From assembly GCA_951406725.2 (NCBI GenBank), contig OX597816.1:155682001-155746000 (forward strand): DNA of 64,000 bases, in the 5' to 3' direction. This stretch comes from Octopus vulgaris (Eukaryota). The translations under genes were made by a program, and so were the position numbers. Positions 24,492 to 38,357 of this stretch are shown one piece after another (the stretch's first letter is position 1; each line of letters starts with the position of its first letter). Below the pieces are notes generated by a model. It searched no databases and had not been told where the DNA came from. It saw only the letters and a list, made by a program, of their open reading frames with translations.

Positions 24492-24576
24492 CTTGTGGTG
24501 AAGAAATGTTTGGGATCCTTAAAAATAATATTGCCACTTGTTTTTCATTACCTGGAGAATTTCCATCAGGAACGTG
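24492..24576 (-). CDS. WDR93: WDR93-like coding exon 6
   Basis: ttttttgttttttcttaag| HVPDGNSPGNEKQVAILFLRIPNISSPQ G|gtaaca; 85 nt, phase 0 to 1. Confidence 0.78.
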
Positions 24577-25201
24577 CTTAAGAAAAAACAAAAAACAAAT
24601 TTAATAACACAGAACATATATTATAAAGGACCACATCAAAGACTTGAAATTGGTACTTCTACTAAACAATTCTAAATGCATCAAGCATGCTTCTTGCACT
24701 CTCTTTCTCTCTCTCTCTCTCTCTTTGTGTCAGGTTTTGCCTGATGACAACTAACATGGTTGAATAAGCTGTCAGCTAACAGAGTTAAAACAAATGATAT
24801 GATATATTTGACTCTATTTTCATGACTGAGTTAACCTATCAGTCAACCGAACTAATATTCTTGAAATTCTTTTGAAATAATAACCTTAAATAAACATTAA
24901 AATGTGAGTGTGTGTGCATCTTTACATAGGCATGTATATATATATATATATATACATATATCTGTGAATTGGTTCTAACATTGGTTTCATTTTAAGAAAA
25001 ATAGGAAAATATCTTGATACTTCAATTTTTCAAGCCCATCACACAAAAGAATGGTATTCATCTCCATTTTAGATAAACACCCATTTTCATCATTCAACAT
25101 TTGTTTATACACAAGCACACACACACATACACACTATATATATATATATATATATATAAATATATATATTTTATTCTCTCTCTATTTATTTTCTCTTATT
25201 C

Positions 25202-25237
25202 CTTTCTGTTGAAGAGCGTAGGCTCGAAATGTAAAAG
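25202..25237 (+). ncRNA. Minimal hammerhead-like motif in a short TA-flanked element (about 25170-25322)
   Basis: cttt-CTGTTGA-A-GAGC(gtag)GCTC-GAAAT-GTA-aaag; same family as 2672-2707. Confidence 0.55.
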
Positions 25238-25809
25238 ACTTCCTCACTTCCCTGAGCTTCAACCTAATACACCTTTTTGTTGTTTATACCTGACTCCATC
25301 TTTTGTTCTGTAAATTCCAACTATATATATATATATATGTATATATCATCATCATCATCATTGTTTAACGTTCGTTTTCCATGTTGGCATGGGTTGGATG
25401 GTTTGACTGGGGACTAGCAAGCCAGGAGGCTGATATATGTATATATATAAGTATCCATGCTGGTGCCACATAAAATGTACCCTATATACATATGCACATA
25501 CACACATTCATGCATACATACATGCATGCATAGGCACAAACGTGCACACAATCAAACAAAAAGGAACGCAGTATGAGTTACGGACAGTTAAAACTATTGA
25601 AAAGGTTGCAAGGCGTAACAAAAATTTTAGAAAAATAAAAAGAAAATAAGTGGAAATTTTACTATTGAGTTTGTTAAATTATAAGGCACCAAAAGAGAAT
25701 GACTCTCCCCAGACACAACAGTATATATATATATTTCTTATTATTATCATTATTATTATTATTATTAATCAGCAGCAGAAGTTACAGAGTGGCTCAAGAG
25801 CCAAAAGTT

Positions 25810-26260
25810 TCATGGAATCTGTCCAGAGACGTGCAACCAAACGCATACCCTCCATCAGACACCTACCATATTCTGAGCGCCTTGTTTCCCTGGGCATGGA
25901 TTCACTGAAGCTCCTGGTGTCTGGCGACGGACTTGGTAAACACTCACAAAGTTATCAACCACCTCACCAACAACAACACTGAACACCTTTTTGATCTTCA
26001 TGTGTCTAACACACGTGGACATGCCTACAAAGTCAGAAAACAACACAGCTCCCATGACTTTCGGAAACATTTTTCACGCTCAGAGTTGCTGAAGCATGGA
26101 ATAAACTGCCTGCATCAGTTGTTGACTGCCATGACACTGCATCCTTTAAGGCCCTCATGCTTTCCGAAATCCGCCGAAACTACACCTGATTATATATACA
26201 CTTTAGATGAGTTGTAGTGCACCTGAGCACTGTACACAATTATTATTATTATTATTATTA
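25810..26260 (+). mobile_element. CR1/L2-type LINE 3' fragment
   Basis: ESVQRRATKRIPSIRHLPYSERL...NTRGHAYKV; (ATT)n tail. Confidence 0.85.
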
Positions 26261-26571
26261 TATCTATTAACATATAAAATGTATAATACATTAATTCTAT
26301 AAAATATAAAAAATTTTTATCCATATTTCTAATGAATATGCTAAAAGCATGTACATTTAAAGAATTTTGATAAAATTGAACAAAATTTCTAAAGTAATGT
26401 AATATATTTCAGGATGTCAGCATGTGAATATATGTGCAAATGTATAAATAAGTGTGTGAATATTTATCTTACTAATCTCAATTTTATTCTCACTATCACT
26501 CTATCCCTATCTATATTTCTTTCTTTCTGTATATCCTTCTTTCTCTCTCTCTCTCTCACTCTTCCCCTGAA

Positions 26572-27051
26572 CTAGTATGAGACTATCGCAAGTGTAGGAT
26601 ATATTATTTTTAAGACTTAGTCTGAATAAATGCACATAGATGCTTTAAAAAATGTATATTACTATCAGTATCGACCGGCATTGCTCGAGTTTGTTTTGAA
26701 CCTTTAGAATTGGAATTTTTGAAAAGTAAAAATTTTGCATTATGTAGCTTGTTATTCTCTTTAAGTGAACATTCTGGTTGAAAAACATCGAAAAATGGTG
26801 ACACAGCAGTCAAAAAATCGTAAAAAATAGGGATTTTCATAGCAAAAAATGCACCTTTTTGATGTAAATAATTTTTGGTCTTAACATGATCCGATTCGAA
26901 TTTTTTCTTGTACGGAATGAAGAGCAAGCCTTCTTCTAACATACTCTCAATTTTGGTCAACTTGCGCCACAGGGTCTCGGAGAAGATAGTGTTAGTTGAA
27001 GGCTACCAAACCTGCCACACACACAGACAACTTCAGCTTTATATATATAGA
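26572..27051 (-). mobile_element. Non-autonomous Helitron-like element
   Basis: Minus strand A|TCTATATATATAAAGC...CTAG|T termini. Confidence 0.65.
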
Positions 27052-28221
27052 TTATGATTTCATTTTATTCATGTTGATATTTGTGTTTACGTACATGTAA
27101 AAGAAGCAAGCTGGCAGAACCGTTAGTACTTAGCAGCATTTTGTCCATCTTTAAGTTCTGAATTTCCACTGATGTTGACCTTGCCTCTTATCCTTTCAGG
27201 GTTGATGAAATAAGTACCAGTTGAGCACTGAGGTCAGTGTAATCAAATATCTCCAGCCTCCAAAATTTCAGGCCTTGTAGCAAAATTTGTAACAAATATT
27301 TATGTTCAAGTAATGGGTTTCCCCTGTTGTATTAATATAATTAACTATTAACAACAGAATTAAAGATAATGCCATAGATTCCAGTTTTAAATGTAATGCA
27401 TTCACACCCCATGATCAATATGTTTAACTAGGAATCTCCGTTTATCTTAGATACACTAGCATTCAAACAAGTTCTTCCTGAGGATACAGTTCTGACTTTA
27501 ATCTCTTTTGTTCACTCTACATACACACAGGGCTGGATTAAGACCCAAAGAGGCCCTAAGTACTTAAAAGGTTTTGGTGCTGTCTTGTATATCTAAATGG
27601 TTCAAAATGTAAACAAAAATAATTCAAAATGTAAATGATAATAAACTATATAATAAATTTTTGTATTTCAAAATGAAATGTGATCGATGCCAGTCAGGCG
27701 TATTCACACACTTATTTATAAACACATCCATGCTTACACATTTACACATATATTCACATGCAGACATTCTGAAATACTTAGAAATTTTGTTCAATTTTAA
27801 CAAAATTTTTTTAATGTACATGCTTTTAGCATATTGTTTAGGAATATATATGAAAAATTATATATTCTATAGAATTAATATATTATAAATTTTATGTCAT
27901 AGATACATTCCCATGCATGAAAATTTTGACTCCTGAGTCACTCTGTAACTTCTGCTGATGAATAATATATGTATATATACATACAGGGTGGCCTAAAAGT
28001 AGGTTTACAGTTATTCAACTATCTCTTTTGCATTCACATATTAATAGTTTAGATCTTAATTATAAAAAGATATAAAACTATTATTCTATGCTAATTTAGT
28101 TAATTTTGTCAAGATCCCTTTTCAGTTTGTAAGACAGAAAGTTAAATGTAATAAAATGTTTTAAAAGAAATTTGAAGTGCCTACGTGATAACCGTGAATC
28201 TACTTTTGGGCCACCATGTAT

Positions 28222-28600
28222 ACATCAAAATCGAATAGTGAAATCGAAATCGAATTGAACCAGCCAGGACCCCTGGACTGGTGGTACGTAAAAAGCACTA
28301 TCCGACTCTTGGCCGATGCCAGCGCCGCCTCGACTGGCTTCTGTGACGGTGACATGTAAAATGCACCAATCCGACCGTGGCCGTAGCCAGCCTCGCCTGG
28401 CACCTGTGCAGGTGGCACGTAAAAAGCACCCACTACACTCACGGAGTGGTTGGCGTTAGGAAGGGCATCCAGCTGAAGAAACATTGCCAGATAAGACTGG
28501 AGCCTGGTGCAGCCTTCTGGCTTCCCAGATCCCCGGTTGAATCGTCCAACCCATGCTAGCATGGAGAACGGACGTTAAACGATGATGATGATGATGATGA
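28222..28600 (+). mobile_element. RTE 3' UTR fragment with (GAT)n tail
   Basis: ggtggcacgtaaaaagcacc units, ggaagggcatccagctg, gacgttaaacgatgatgat. Confidence 0.85.
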
Positions 28601-28989
28601 TATATATATAATCATATCGAAGGGAAATGGAAATTAATAGAAATTTTCACTTCCATTGGCCTAGCATGTAAAAATTTAGTCCAAAGAATATGTAATACTC
28701 ATAAAATACAGTGTACATTTAAACACATAAGAGGAATCCACTTATGGGATTCATCACACTAGGAAGAACAGCTAGGTTCCAAAACCACAAAATTAGGGAT
28801 AAAATCCCGAAAGGAACGAAATGAAAAATAAAACTTTTATCATCTAGTTTCCTAGACCAATTGGTTTTTGATTTTGTTTAGCAAATAAGGTAATTTGCTA
28901 GGTGAAATTGTCATCAACACGTACACTTCAGATTAAATATATAAACACGAGGCAATCCTGGATGGAAAGCACTCAACATACGAAAAAAA

Positions 28990-29880
28990 AAAAAAAGACT
29001 ATGCCCAGAACCTTGAGGAAAACAGTAGAATTGACACAAAATGCATCCTCTCTTGGACACAAGACCACTACATCATATCACTCTTTGAAGGCTATGCATT
29101 TGCAATCCAGGAACAGGAGATTGCCACAAAGTACCTGGTGAACAAGAGAGACAGTGACATTCTTGTAATCCCAAGGTAAAACTGCATGTGTAGGCTATGT
29201 CATGTTTCTGTAAAAGACATTATGCATGGGATTAGCAGCTGTCCTAAAATGTTGTCATGGTACTACCTCCCTATGCGGCACAATGTTGTTGCTAAAACAA
29301 TTTGCAATGCCATCTGCAAAAAAAGACTGTACTGAAATAAACTTAGAAAATCCCTCTGTTATGGAATACATTCATAAACACCAACTCAAAGAATACTAGT
29401 GGAATATTCCCATCAAAACTTCTGTCATTGTAAACATAACAGGCCGGATATTGTTGTTTGAAAAGGAGGAGCAAAGGTATGTACCATCATAGAAATCAGC
29501 TGCCCTGCAGATATAAATATCTCTTTGAAAATCAAAGAAAAAGAGGATATCTGTAGACAATTGCTTTGAAACCTCCAGTGTTTATATCCAGACTATGAAT
29601 TCATATTCATACCAATAATAATTGGAGCACTAGGTTTTGTTAGTAAATGCTTAAAGGATAATTTGGATAAACTGGAATTTTCAGAAAGAGAAATTAACTG
29701 GCTAATTTGTACATTACCAGTGCAATTTGAGAGTGGAATAGTAAAAATATGTAAGACTTTTCTTAAGTTCCAAATGTGAATTTGTCTGTGTCAACTACAT
29801 CTCAAAGATGGAGCCTTGTATCTTTGCTGGGAGCTGGTTCCCTCATAAGTAGAAGATTTATAATAATTAAAACATAGAAG
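28990..29880 (+). mobile_element. R4/Dong-like non-LTR 3' fragment (CCHC + restriction-like endonuclease)
   Basis: FEGYAFAIQEQEIATKY; CH...DIMHGISSCP; RHNVVAK; KHNRPDIV; IIEISCPAD; IPIIIGALG; stops present. Confidence 0.85.
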
Positions 29881-30585
29881 AGACATACATACATGCATAC
29901 ATACATACGTACATACATACATACACACATGCATACATACACACATGCATACATACACACATGCATACATACACACATGCATACATATGTACACACATAC
30001 ATACATACAGAAATATGCACATATGTACATGGATACGTACATACATATATGTATATAAAGTCATGCACATTATTGACAATCATTCTTCTGACAGTTTGGG
30101 ATTGATCTGGTCTCTTTAGATAATGGCAGTATGTATGCACATTTTTGTTTTGTATACAATCAAACAACCTCATCATCATCATCTGTCTGTTTTCCATGCT
30201 GGCATGGGTTGGAAGGTTTGACTGGTAAACTGGAGAGCTGCACCAGGTTTCATTCTGATTTGGTACAGTTTCTTCAGCTGAATACCCTTCCTAACACCAA
30301 CCACTTCAAGAGTGTAGTGGGTACTTTTTACATGTCACTAGTACAGGTGTCAGTTATGAAACACAGGCAATGGGCATGACTATGATCTCATTTGGCTTGT
30401 CAAGAGACTATTTTCTCACCAGGTTTTGGTGAAAGAGCACTGAAATATCAGTACTGTAATTCGCTATTTTAAAAACTTTTTTCAGATAAACTTGAACTGA
30501 ATAAAATACCTTACTGCATTCTCTAAAATGAAATCTAAATTTATTCTGTGTGAAAGAAGATTCGCTATAAAACTATTTTTCTCAC

Positions 30586-30683
30586 CTGATTTATTGCTAC
30601 ATGTGGTTCAAGGAATTGTTCAAATAAGGCACCAAATGAAAGTTTGTAAATTTCCAACTGACTCTCTTTCCCTGTGGCACTTC
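30586..30683 (-). CDS. WDR93: WDR93-like coding exon 5
   Basis: Strong pyrimidine tract ttctgttcttttctgccag| (G)SATGKESQLEIYKLSFGALFEQFLEPHVAINQ |gtgaga; 98 nt, phase 1 to 0; LEIYKL resembles the WDR93 L(D/E)(V/I)YKL motif. Confidence 0.85.
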
Positions 30684-31689
30684 CTGGCAGAAAAGAACAG
30701 AAACGAAAATTTTTTATACTAAGAAGTAGAGTATCAATGATATTAATTATGTTCTTATGATAACGATCATTACAGCAATCACCTTACAACAACAATTTAC
30801 AATATTTAATGGTGTCTATGGCATACTTATTTCCAAAAAAAATGTCTCAATCTCAAAAATCACCCAGGCGCCTTTAAGCTATAGTTGTCCCAAATGCTCA
30901 CAACTATAGACTAATTATAATCCAGACAGTCTCTTCTATCTAATGTCACTCCATAATAAGTTACTTTATACATACAGTAATATCTTCTGTCATAGCAAAT
31001 GTACTTTTGTAATGTGCTGCTAAATTGCTTTAAATATTACATGCTTTAATACACTAAAATCATTTTTTTCCTGAATATGTGCAACTGAAATTAAAATTTA
31101 TCTGAGATACCTGTGTATCTCTTATGTCATCAAAGATGGTACTTGAAAATGGATAGTATTTACTCTTTTACTTGCTTCAGTCATTTGACTGCGGCCATGC
31201 TGGAGCACCACCTTTATTTCTTCATCATAATGATATTAATTGCCATATATCATTACTCTATTTAATTGGAGTTTATGTTGGATAAGACAGGTGATCTCTG
31301 CATAAGAGCCAAGAGTACTTTTGTCAAAGTGCAATCTCCAGTCAGCTATGACTGAACAAACCTACAGCCAGTAAGTAGTTGGCTGGATGATAATCCACAG
31401 ATATACCATGCTTCTGCTGATCTCAAGACTGTACTGCATACTTTGGCACACACATACAAGTGCTGCTGCTGCTGCTTCTGCTTCTTCTTCTTCTTCTCCT
31501 CCTCCTCCATCTTCCAATCAAGACTCATGCAATAGGCCACAAAGAATGATCTCTAATTCAAGCCTATTCTAAGCTGCTTAGAATGCATGTGGCAACTTGA
31601 AGATCCATCCACCACACACGAAAGGTTGGCGGTTGCACAGGCATGAAAGCTACATTGTTATCCTCATTCCATAAACGGTGGCTTTTAAC

Positions 31690-31997
31690 AGGTGGAGAGA
31701 TGAACCATCCTGGGGTACAGAGGATTCGCAATCTAGACTAGGGTCTGAAAGTTTACCACACCATAGTGGGTTACACCATGGTTCCTTTGCTTTGCAGCTT
31801 TGTAGCAGAAGTAGGAAGAAAGAGTGAGAAAAAATTGTGAAAGAGTACAGCGGGGTTCACCACCCAACCCCCGCCAGGGCCTCATGGAGCTTAGGTGTTT
31901 TTGCTCAATAAACACTCACAATGCCCAGTTTCGAAATCGAAACCGCACTCTTACAACCGTGAGTCTGCTGCCCAAACCACTGGGCCATTGCGCCTCC
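31690..31997 (-). mobile_element. tRNA-derived SINE, family C
   Basis: Minus head ggaggcgcaatggcccagtggtttggg...ggtttcgatttc followed by ttgagcaaaaacac. Confidence 0.65.
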
Positions 31998-34020
31998 ATG
32001 GCTGTTGTCACCACTGACCAAGCAGGTCTAGGATGGAAGACAGTCCAGTCAAAATTATTTTGTCTTTTCCTTGCTTAAGATGACAGGGTGTGATATGAGG
32101 GAGATTTTGATAATATTTCTAGTTAACCAAGTGATCACAGCAGGGGCAGCCAAGTTGAATTTGATAGCTAGTATTTCTCTGCATTAAGCAAAGGTGGTGT
32201 AAATCACAGAATAGTTTTTAGGACAAACAAGGCTAATTCTTATTGGCATTTCTTCCAGTGCTTTATATTCTTAGTTCAAATTCCAGCAAGATCAGCTTTG
32301 CCTTTCATCCTTTCAAGGCCAATAAAATAAGTGAGGGGCTGATGAAATTAACTTGCCCATTCCCCTGGAAACTATTGGTCTTGTGTCAAAATTAGTAAGG
32401 AATAATTTTTTATTTATGTGTATTTCTTTTTATAGTCTGAGTGGAAAAGGCAGATTTTATGATAGAGTTGTAGTAGCGTTCTGGGATGTTATAAATACAA
32501 CAAGGTACTTAAGAGTAATTGTACATAGACTGGCAGGGATTGTGAGCGATGAAGTTTACAGGGATTGACTTTTCATTTTTAGCATTTTTCATTCATGGCA
32601 TAGATCATCAGTGTGCAGCCTGTGATGACGTACAATGAAATGTTTTACACACTTTGTAATTTATTAAGGTTTTGTTTTGAAGAGAATGAAGGCTTTGATA
32701 GGATCTGCATCATCTATAATGGATGGAATGTATTTCTCGTACATTAACATCAACTGTTTCTTTACGTTGGCCAAACATGGTACCTATGAGTACTCTATGT
32801 ATATTTGTGCATTGTTTTAATGTTTTTAATCTCTTGTCATTTGGTATTGAACCACTACCCTCAATGCTTCATTTCTCTACGTTGAGTAGTTCTTATCCTT
32901 GCTTGGTGACCTCACTGGTGCCAGTGCCACTAAAGAAAAACAAAGCACCAAGTACACTCTGTAAAGTGGCTGGCATTAAGAAGGGCATCTAACAGTAGAT
33001 ACCATGCCAAAGCAGACACTGGAGCTTGACACAGTCTTCTGGTTCACCAGGTCCTGCCAAACAGTCCAACCTATACCAGCATGGAAAACAGATGTTAAAT
33101 GATGATGATGATGATATGTATATATGTGAACATAGTAGTAGTATTGTATACATGACTTCTAGTATATTTGCCCTTTCTATGTGCGGTAGTATGTATGTGT
33201 ATATGTTGTGTGGTGTAATTGTTGATTTTATTTGATGTTCTCTAGAGCTGCTGGTAAGAAGGGAGGAAATAGTTTAGGTAGGTCTTACATGAAGTATATT
33301 GTTTTGGAGTCAGGTTTCTAGATGACCAATGCATGTTTGAGAAAGTGGTGCAGCTGTATGTGTCCTGATCTTACTACCCATTTAGACACAAAATAATTTA
33401 ATAGAACCTTAAGTGACAAAACACTACATAGTCCACAGGCCTATGGAGCAGAGAAAAACAACTCATTCAGTTGCCCCAAACGGGGCCTCATGGATCTCTC
33501 TTCTCATCCATTTATTTATCTACATGACCTTTCCACCTTCCACTAGGTATACACAGCCTCTTAAGCAAACACCATCAAAGTCTCCTCTTTCAATTTTACA
33601 AAATGCTATATTAATCTCTCTTATTATTATGAAGATTTTAATTTATGAACAATAAAACTTAGTGGTATAGAACATCTAACAGATTTTATGCTACATTTAC
33701 ATGATATTTTTTTTTCACTTTTAACATGTTAAAAACCACATGTAGCACAAGTGGTTCATTGAAAACTTCACAAAACTGCCATATGCACCACTTGTGGTAC
33801 ATTTTCATAATTTGAGAAAATACTTTATTCTCTATCTTTGATATGGTTTCAAGGATATTTAAATAACATGAATGCTAAATATTAAAGTTTAATTATGAAA
33901 TATTGCAAAAATACAAAAAAAAATTACATTTCCTTGTAATCAAACAGTGTGACCACGAAATACATGGTGCCACCAGTGAGTTCCAGTAACAGGCCATGGT
34001 GGTTATTGTGCTAATCTTTA

Positions 34021-34392
34021 TTTTATTACCCCTGCCTTTGCTAAGGTAGAGGTATTGTTTCCAGTCATGTTTGTTTGTTTGTTTGTCCATGGACAAGATA
34101 TCTCAAGAACCACTGGATGGATTTGGATGAAACTTTCAGTGATGTTTGGTCTTATGACTGGTATGAACTGATTAGATTTTGTGATCGATCTGGTGCTAGA
34201 CAAGGATTCTGGATTATTTTTCTGTTTTTTTTGCTAAATTTTTGAGAGTGGTTGGGTTCATTTACAGTATTCTCGTTTGTGAGAGCAGTCAAGTTTATTT
34301 CAGATATTCTCATTTTAAAAATCCTCTCTTGCTAATTGTTGAGACGACATTGGTGTTGTCTTGGCAGAAGTTTCCGCTGAGTGCTCTTGTTT
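34021..34392 (+). mobile_element. Helentron-associated / DINE-1-like non-autonomous element
   Basis: ttattacccctgcc...ggtagaggtatt 5' stem, (gttt)n tract, ggatttggatgaaacttt, 3' ttggcagaag...gagtgctc followed by a T-run. Confidence 0.7.
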
Positions 34393-34651
34393 TATTTTAA
34401 TTCTTATTCAATTATTTGTATTCTTATGGAAATATATTCAAATAGTATGACTCTGAGGGATTTATACTTGACAGTGTTATTCTCCACTTCACCAATGTCC
34501 TCTTAGTGTCTTGTATTTTGTGAGAACAAATAAAATAAGTAGCGGACACAAAAGTATCTAGGTCATTATGATACACAAACACTTTTGAAGTTGGGGCCCA
34601 TAGTATGGCTGATATATTATCTTTACTACCAATTTACCAAACTTTTATTAG

Positions 34652-36670
34652 GATTCAATTCAATTCAATTCAATTTTTATTGGCTCAAAAAGCAAAAGCA
34701 AGGTCATGTAGGGGGACAAGGAGTTATGTACATGGAGGGTGGTCATACAAAGAGATCAGGCATTTTCTGGTCAAGAGAGACTTTGAACCGAGCGGTCGTT
34801 GGCATCTTCACTATCTCGTCTGGTAGCTTATTCCATGGATCCGCAACCCGGACAGAGAAAGCCCCTCTCCTTCGATTGAGATAAAATCGTCGTAGATAGA
34901 GCTTTTCGTAGTGACCCCGCAACCCACGCTCTGGAGCAGGAGTGAAGAACAGCTCTTTTGAGAGGTTACACTTTCCGCTTATGATGTTGTGAGCGAGAAT
35001 GAGATCACCACAGCGTCGTCGTTTTTCAAGAGAATAAAGGTCGAGCGTCTTCAGCCTTTCTTCATAAGACAAATGCTTGAGACCAAGAACCATGCAGGTA
35101 GCCAGCTTCTGGACTCTTTCGAGATGATGTATGTCTTTGAGGAGATAAGGAGAAGAGGCTTGAATCACATACTCCAATATGGGTCTCACCAGCGTGACAT
35201 AGAGCGGTAGGAATATGGCTGCTGTGAGCATTCCGAATGACCATCGAATCAAAAATAGAACTCCGCGTGCTTTGTTCGCAGCATGGACGCATTGGGCCAA
35301 AGGCGAAAAGGATGAATCCACCAAGATACCCAGGTCCTTTACTTGGTCGGTCTTCTCCAGCAGCAGACGACCCAGCTCGAAATCAGGTTGAGTTGCAGGA
35401 GAGGAGCCAACAGGCAGATGACAGCACTTTGACACATTCAGACACAGGTCCCATTCATTTGACCATCTCCAAACTTGGTGGAGGCATCAACGAAGATCAT
35501 CTATATCACTGCGAGGAGTGACCAGTTCGACATCGTCAGCAAATAGAAGGGTGTGTTGCGTGAGGTCATCGGGCAAATCATTGATGAAGACTAAAAACAA
35601 TAACAGCCCAAGCACTGAACCTTGAGACACACCATAGCTCGCACTGGAGACATCGGACAGTGAACCATTAACTTGGACTTGGAAGGAGTGATCTGAGAGG
35701 AAGGCACCAACCCATCATATGATATCCGGATGGAAACGATATGCTTGAAGCTTGACAAGTAATAGGTGGTGGTTAACCGAGTCAAAAGCTTTGGCAAAGT
35801 CCAATAAAATGATGTCAACAGCATCACCATCATCCAGGATATGTGTCACCAATTCTTCCATTACCAGTAAGTTGGTCAAGCATGATCTCTTTGGCATGAA
35901 GCCGTGTTGGGAATCAGAGATAGAGGCTGTGTTTTGGAGGTGGGGCAACATACTTTTCTTGAGGATGGTTTCAAACATCTTGCTGATTATTGAAGGGAAA
36001 CCGGTTGGTAGTTAAGCAGGTCTTCACGGTTCCCTTTCTTGAAAATCAGGCAGATTATCGCTGTTCTCCAGTTCGCATATGGAATAGAAGTGTTAAAGGT
36101 CTGCAGATGACTGGAGCCAATGATTTGATAACCTGTGGGTGTATGCTGTTAGGGCCATGACTCTTGTTGACATCGAGGCCTTGAATAACACGTTCGACTT
36201 TGTCATGAGTGATGACCAATCTAGGCATTGGAGGTACCGATCTATCAAATGGAGGGGGTTCTCAACCATCATCTTGTTTGAAAATTGTCGAAAAAGCCTC
36301 GGCAAATAACTGACTCTGCTAAAAGGGTCCTCAATTTATACGCCTGTTGAGTCTATCAACGTTGCAATTTGGTTGTTCAAGCAGGAATTCCGTTGGACAT
36401 GGGCAAAGAAGGTTTTTGGATTGCGACTGGCATTTGCCACGATTCTGCATTCATATCTGAAGCGTTCTTCCTTTTCAATTTTCACGGCTCGGTCTCGTTG
36501 AGTTTTGTATACCTCAAAAGCTGCAGTCAAATCTTGATTTTTGAATTCAGCCCAAGCAATATCTCTAAGTCGAAGTTCTCGTTTAACCTTCTTCATCACC
36601 CAGGGCTTGTGTTTCTTCTTCTTGGGAAGCCCAATGGGAACTGCTTGGAAGCCCAATGGGAACTGCTTGG
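34652..36670 (-). mobile_element. CR1-clade LINE, 5'-truncated ORF2
   Basis: KTFFAHV; QHGFMPKRSCLTNL; LDFAKAFDSVNH; QGSVLG..LF..FINDL; LFADD; KDLGILVD; VRPILEY; (TTGAA)n tail at 34652-34674. Confidence 0.92.
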
Positions 36671-37529
36671 TCAGTCAACCAGATTACATATGTTTTGATT
36701 CATAGCATTGACTCCAAGTAGGAGAAATATGTTTGGCAATCTCATGAGACACCCCTGCAGTGATGTTTGCTTCACTCTGATATATGTTGTTTTAAGTACA
36801 TGTTGATAAAGAGAATTTCTCTCAGGCAGAAACCACAGCATCATGTCTTTCAACAATGTATATGCCTTTAATATACTATACAAATAGCAATTTAAATTTC
36901 TTTTGGTTAGACACTAGACTACTTTGCTTCAAAGATGTCTAAAATATTAGTTTCAAATTTTGACACAAGACTAGCAATTTCATTTGAGGGGTGAAGTCGA
37001 TTACATTGACCCCAGTACTCTGAAAGGATGAAAGGCAAAGTCACCCTTTGCAGAATTTGAACTCAGAATGTAAAGATGGACAAAATGTCAGTAAGCATGT
37101 TGCCTAGTGTACCAATGATACTGGTAGGTCATTGACCTAAGGATGTCTAAAATATTACTTGTAGCTGATAGAATGAAATCAAAAATCATTCTTAGTAGTG
37201 ACCTGAACTCATGTTGAAGGAAGACCAACTTAGATACTTCAAAAATATTATAATGACAGTAATAATCTTCTCTTTCCTTTCCTTTTTTATTTTTAAAGCC
37301 CATTGAGATGAAATGTAAAGCATTATCAGACAGATATTTGAATAAACAGTGAATTCAGAGAAGACTAAGTACAATAACACATTCTTCTGTTGTATGGTTT
37401 CTACTAAGGAAAATTTCTTTAATAACCAATCTATATGTGTGAAAGGAAACCGAACAAAGCTCAGATAACAAAAGGAGAATTAACAGAGAGAAACAAGAAT
37501 GAAAATATGAAAAGAGCTTCATATATTAC

Positions 37530-37611
37530 CATCCATAACAGCACCAAAGTAATCTGCTTGTGGTGAGGCAGCACAATGAGTAACAAATGACTGGGGTTTC
37601 ACTTCACTCTG
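37530..37611 (-). CDS. WDR93: WDR93-like coding exon 4
   Basis: tttatcag| QSEVKPQSFVTHCAASPQADYFGAVMD G|gtaata; 82 nt, phase 0 to 1; tandem CAGCAG acceptor. Confidence 0.82.
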
Positions 37612-37721
37612 CTGATAAATGCAATAGAAATGGAAGTCAAGAAGATATCTCAAATAATAACACAGTTTCTATATATTTTCATGTATGTGCATGAGTGTAT
37701 GAGTGTGTATGTGTATATATG

Positions 37722-37755
<34 letters not shown>

Positions 37756-37817
37756 TGTATGTATGTATGTATATATGTATGTATGTATGTATATATATAT
37801 GTATGTATGTATGTATA

Positions 37818-37853
<36 letters not shown>

Positions 37854-37936
37854 TGTATGTATGTATGTATGTATGTATGTATGTATGTATGTATGTATAT
37901 ATATATATGTATGTACATATATATGTATGTATGTAT

Positions 37937-38221
37937 AAGCCAGTGCCGCCTCGACTGGCTTCCGTGCAGGTGGCACGTAAAATGCACCAATCCGACCGTG
38001 GCCGATGCCAGCCTCGCCTGGCACCAGTGCAGGTGGCACGTAAAAAGCACCCACTACACTCACGGAGTGGTTGGCGTTAGGAAGGGCATCCAGCTGTAGA
38101 AACATTGCCAGATAAGACCGGAGCCTGGTGCAGCCTTCTGGCTTCCCAGATCCCCGGTCAAACTGTCCAACCCATGCTAGCATGGAGAATGGACGTTAAA
38201 CGATGATGATGATGATGATGA
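37937..38221 (+). mobile_element. RTE 3' UTR fragment inserted in a (TATG)n/(TA)n array
   Basis: Near-identical to 28315-28600. Confidence 0.85.
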
Positions 38222-38307
38222 TATATATGTATGTATATATAAATGAATGTATGTATATATATATATATATATCAAATTACCGGAGTCATTCTTGTTGCTT
38301 ATTTTGA

Positions 38308-38357
<50 letters not shown>

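Noticed and set aside
27455-27517. Possible WDR93 exon (SEQKRLKSELYPQEELV) after a tag acceptor
   Set aside because: In-frame TGA before any good donor; exons 5 and 6 already join in phase.
31346-31572. Poly-E/K/Q or poly-A/S/P ORFs
   Set aside because: Compound trinucleotide repeat (gct/tct/cct) with no splice or homology support.
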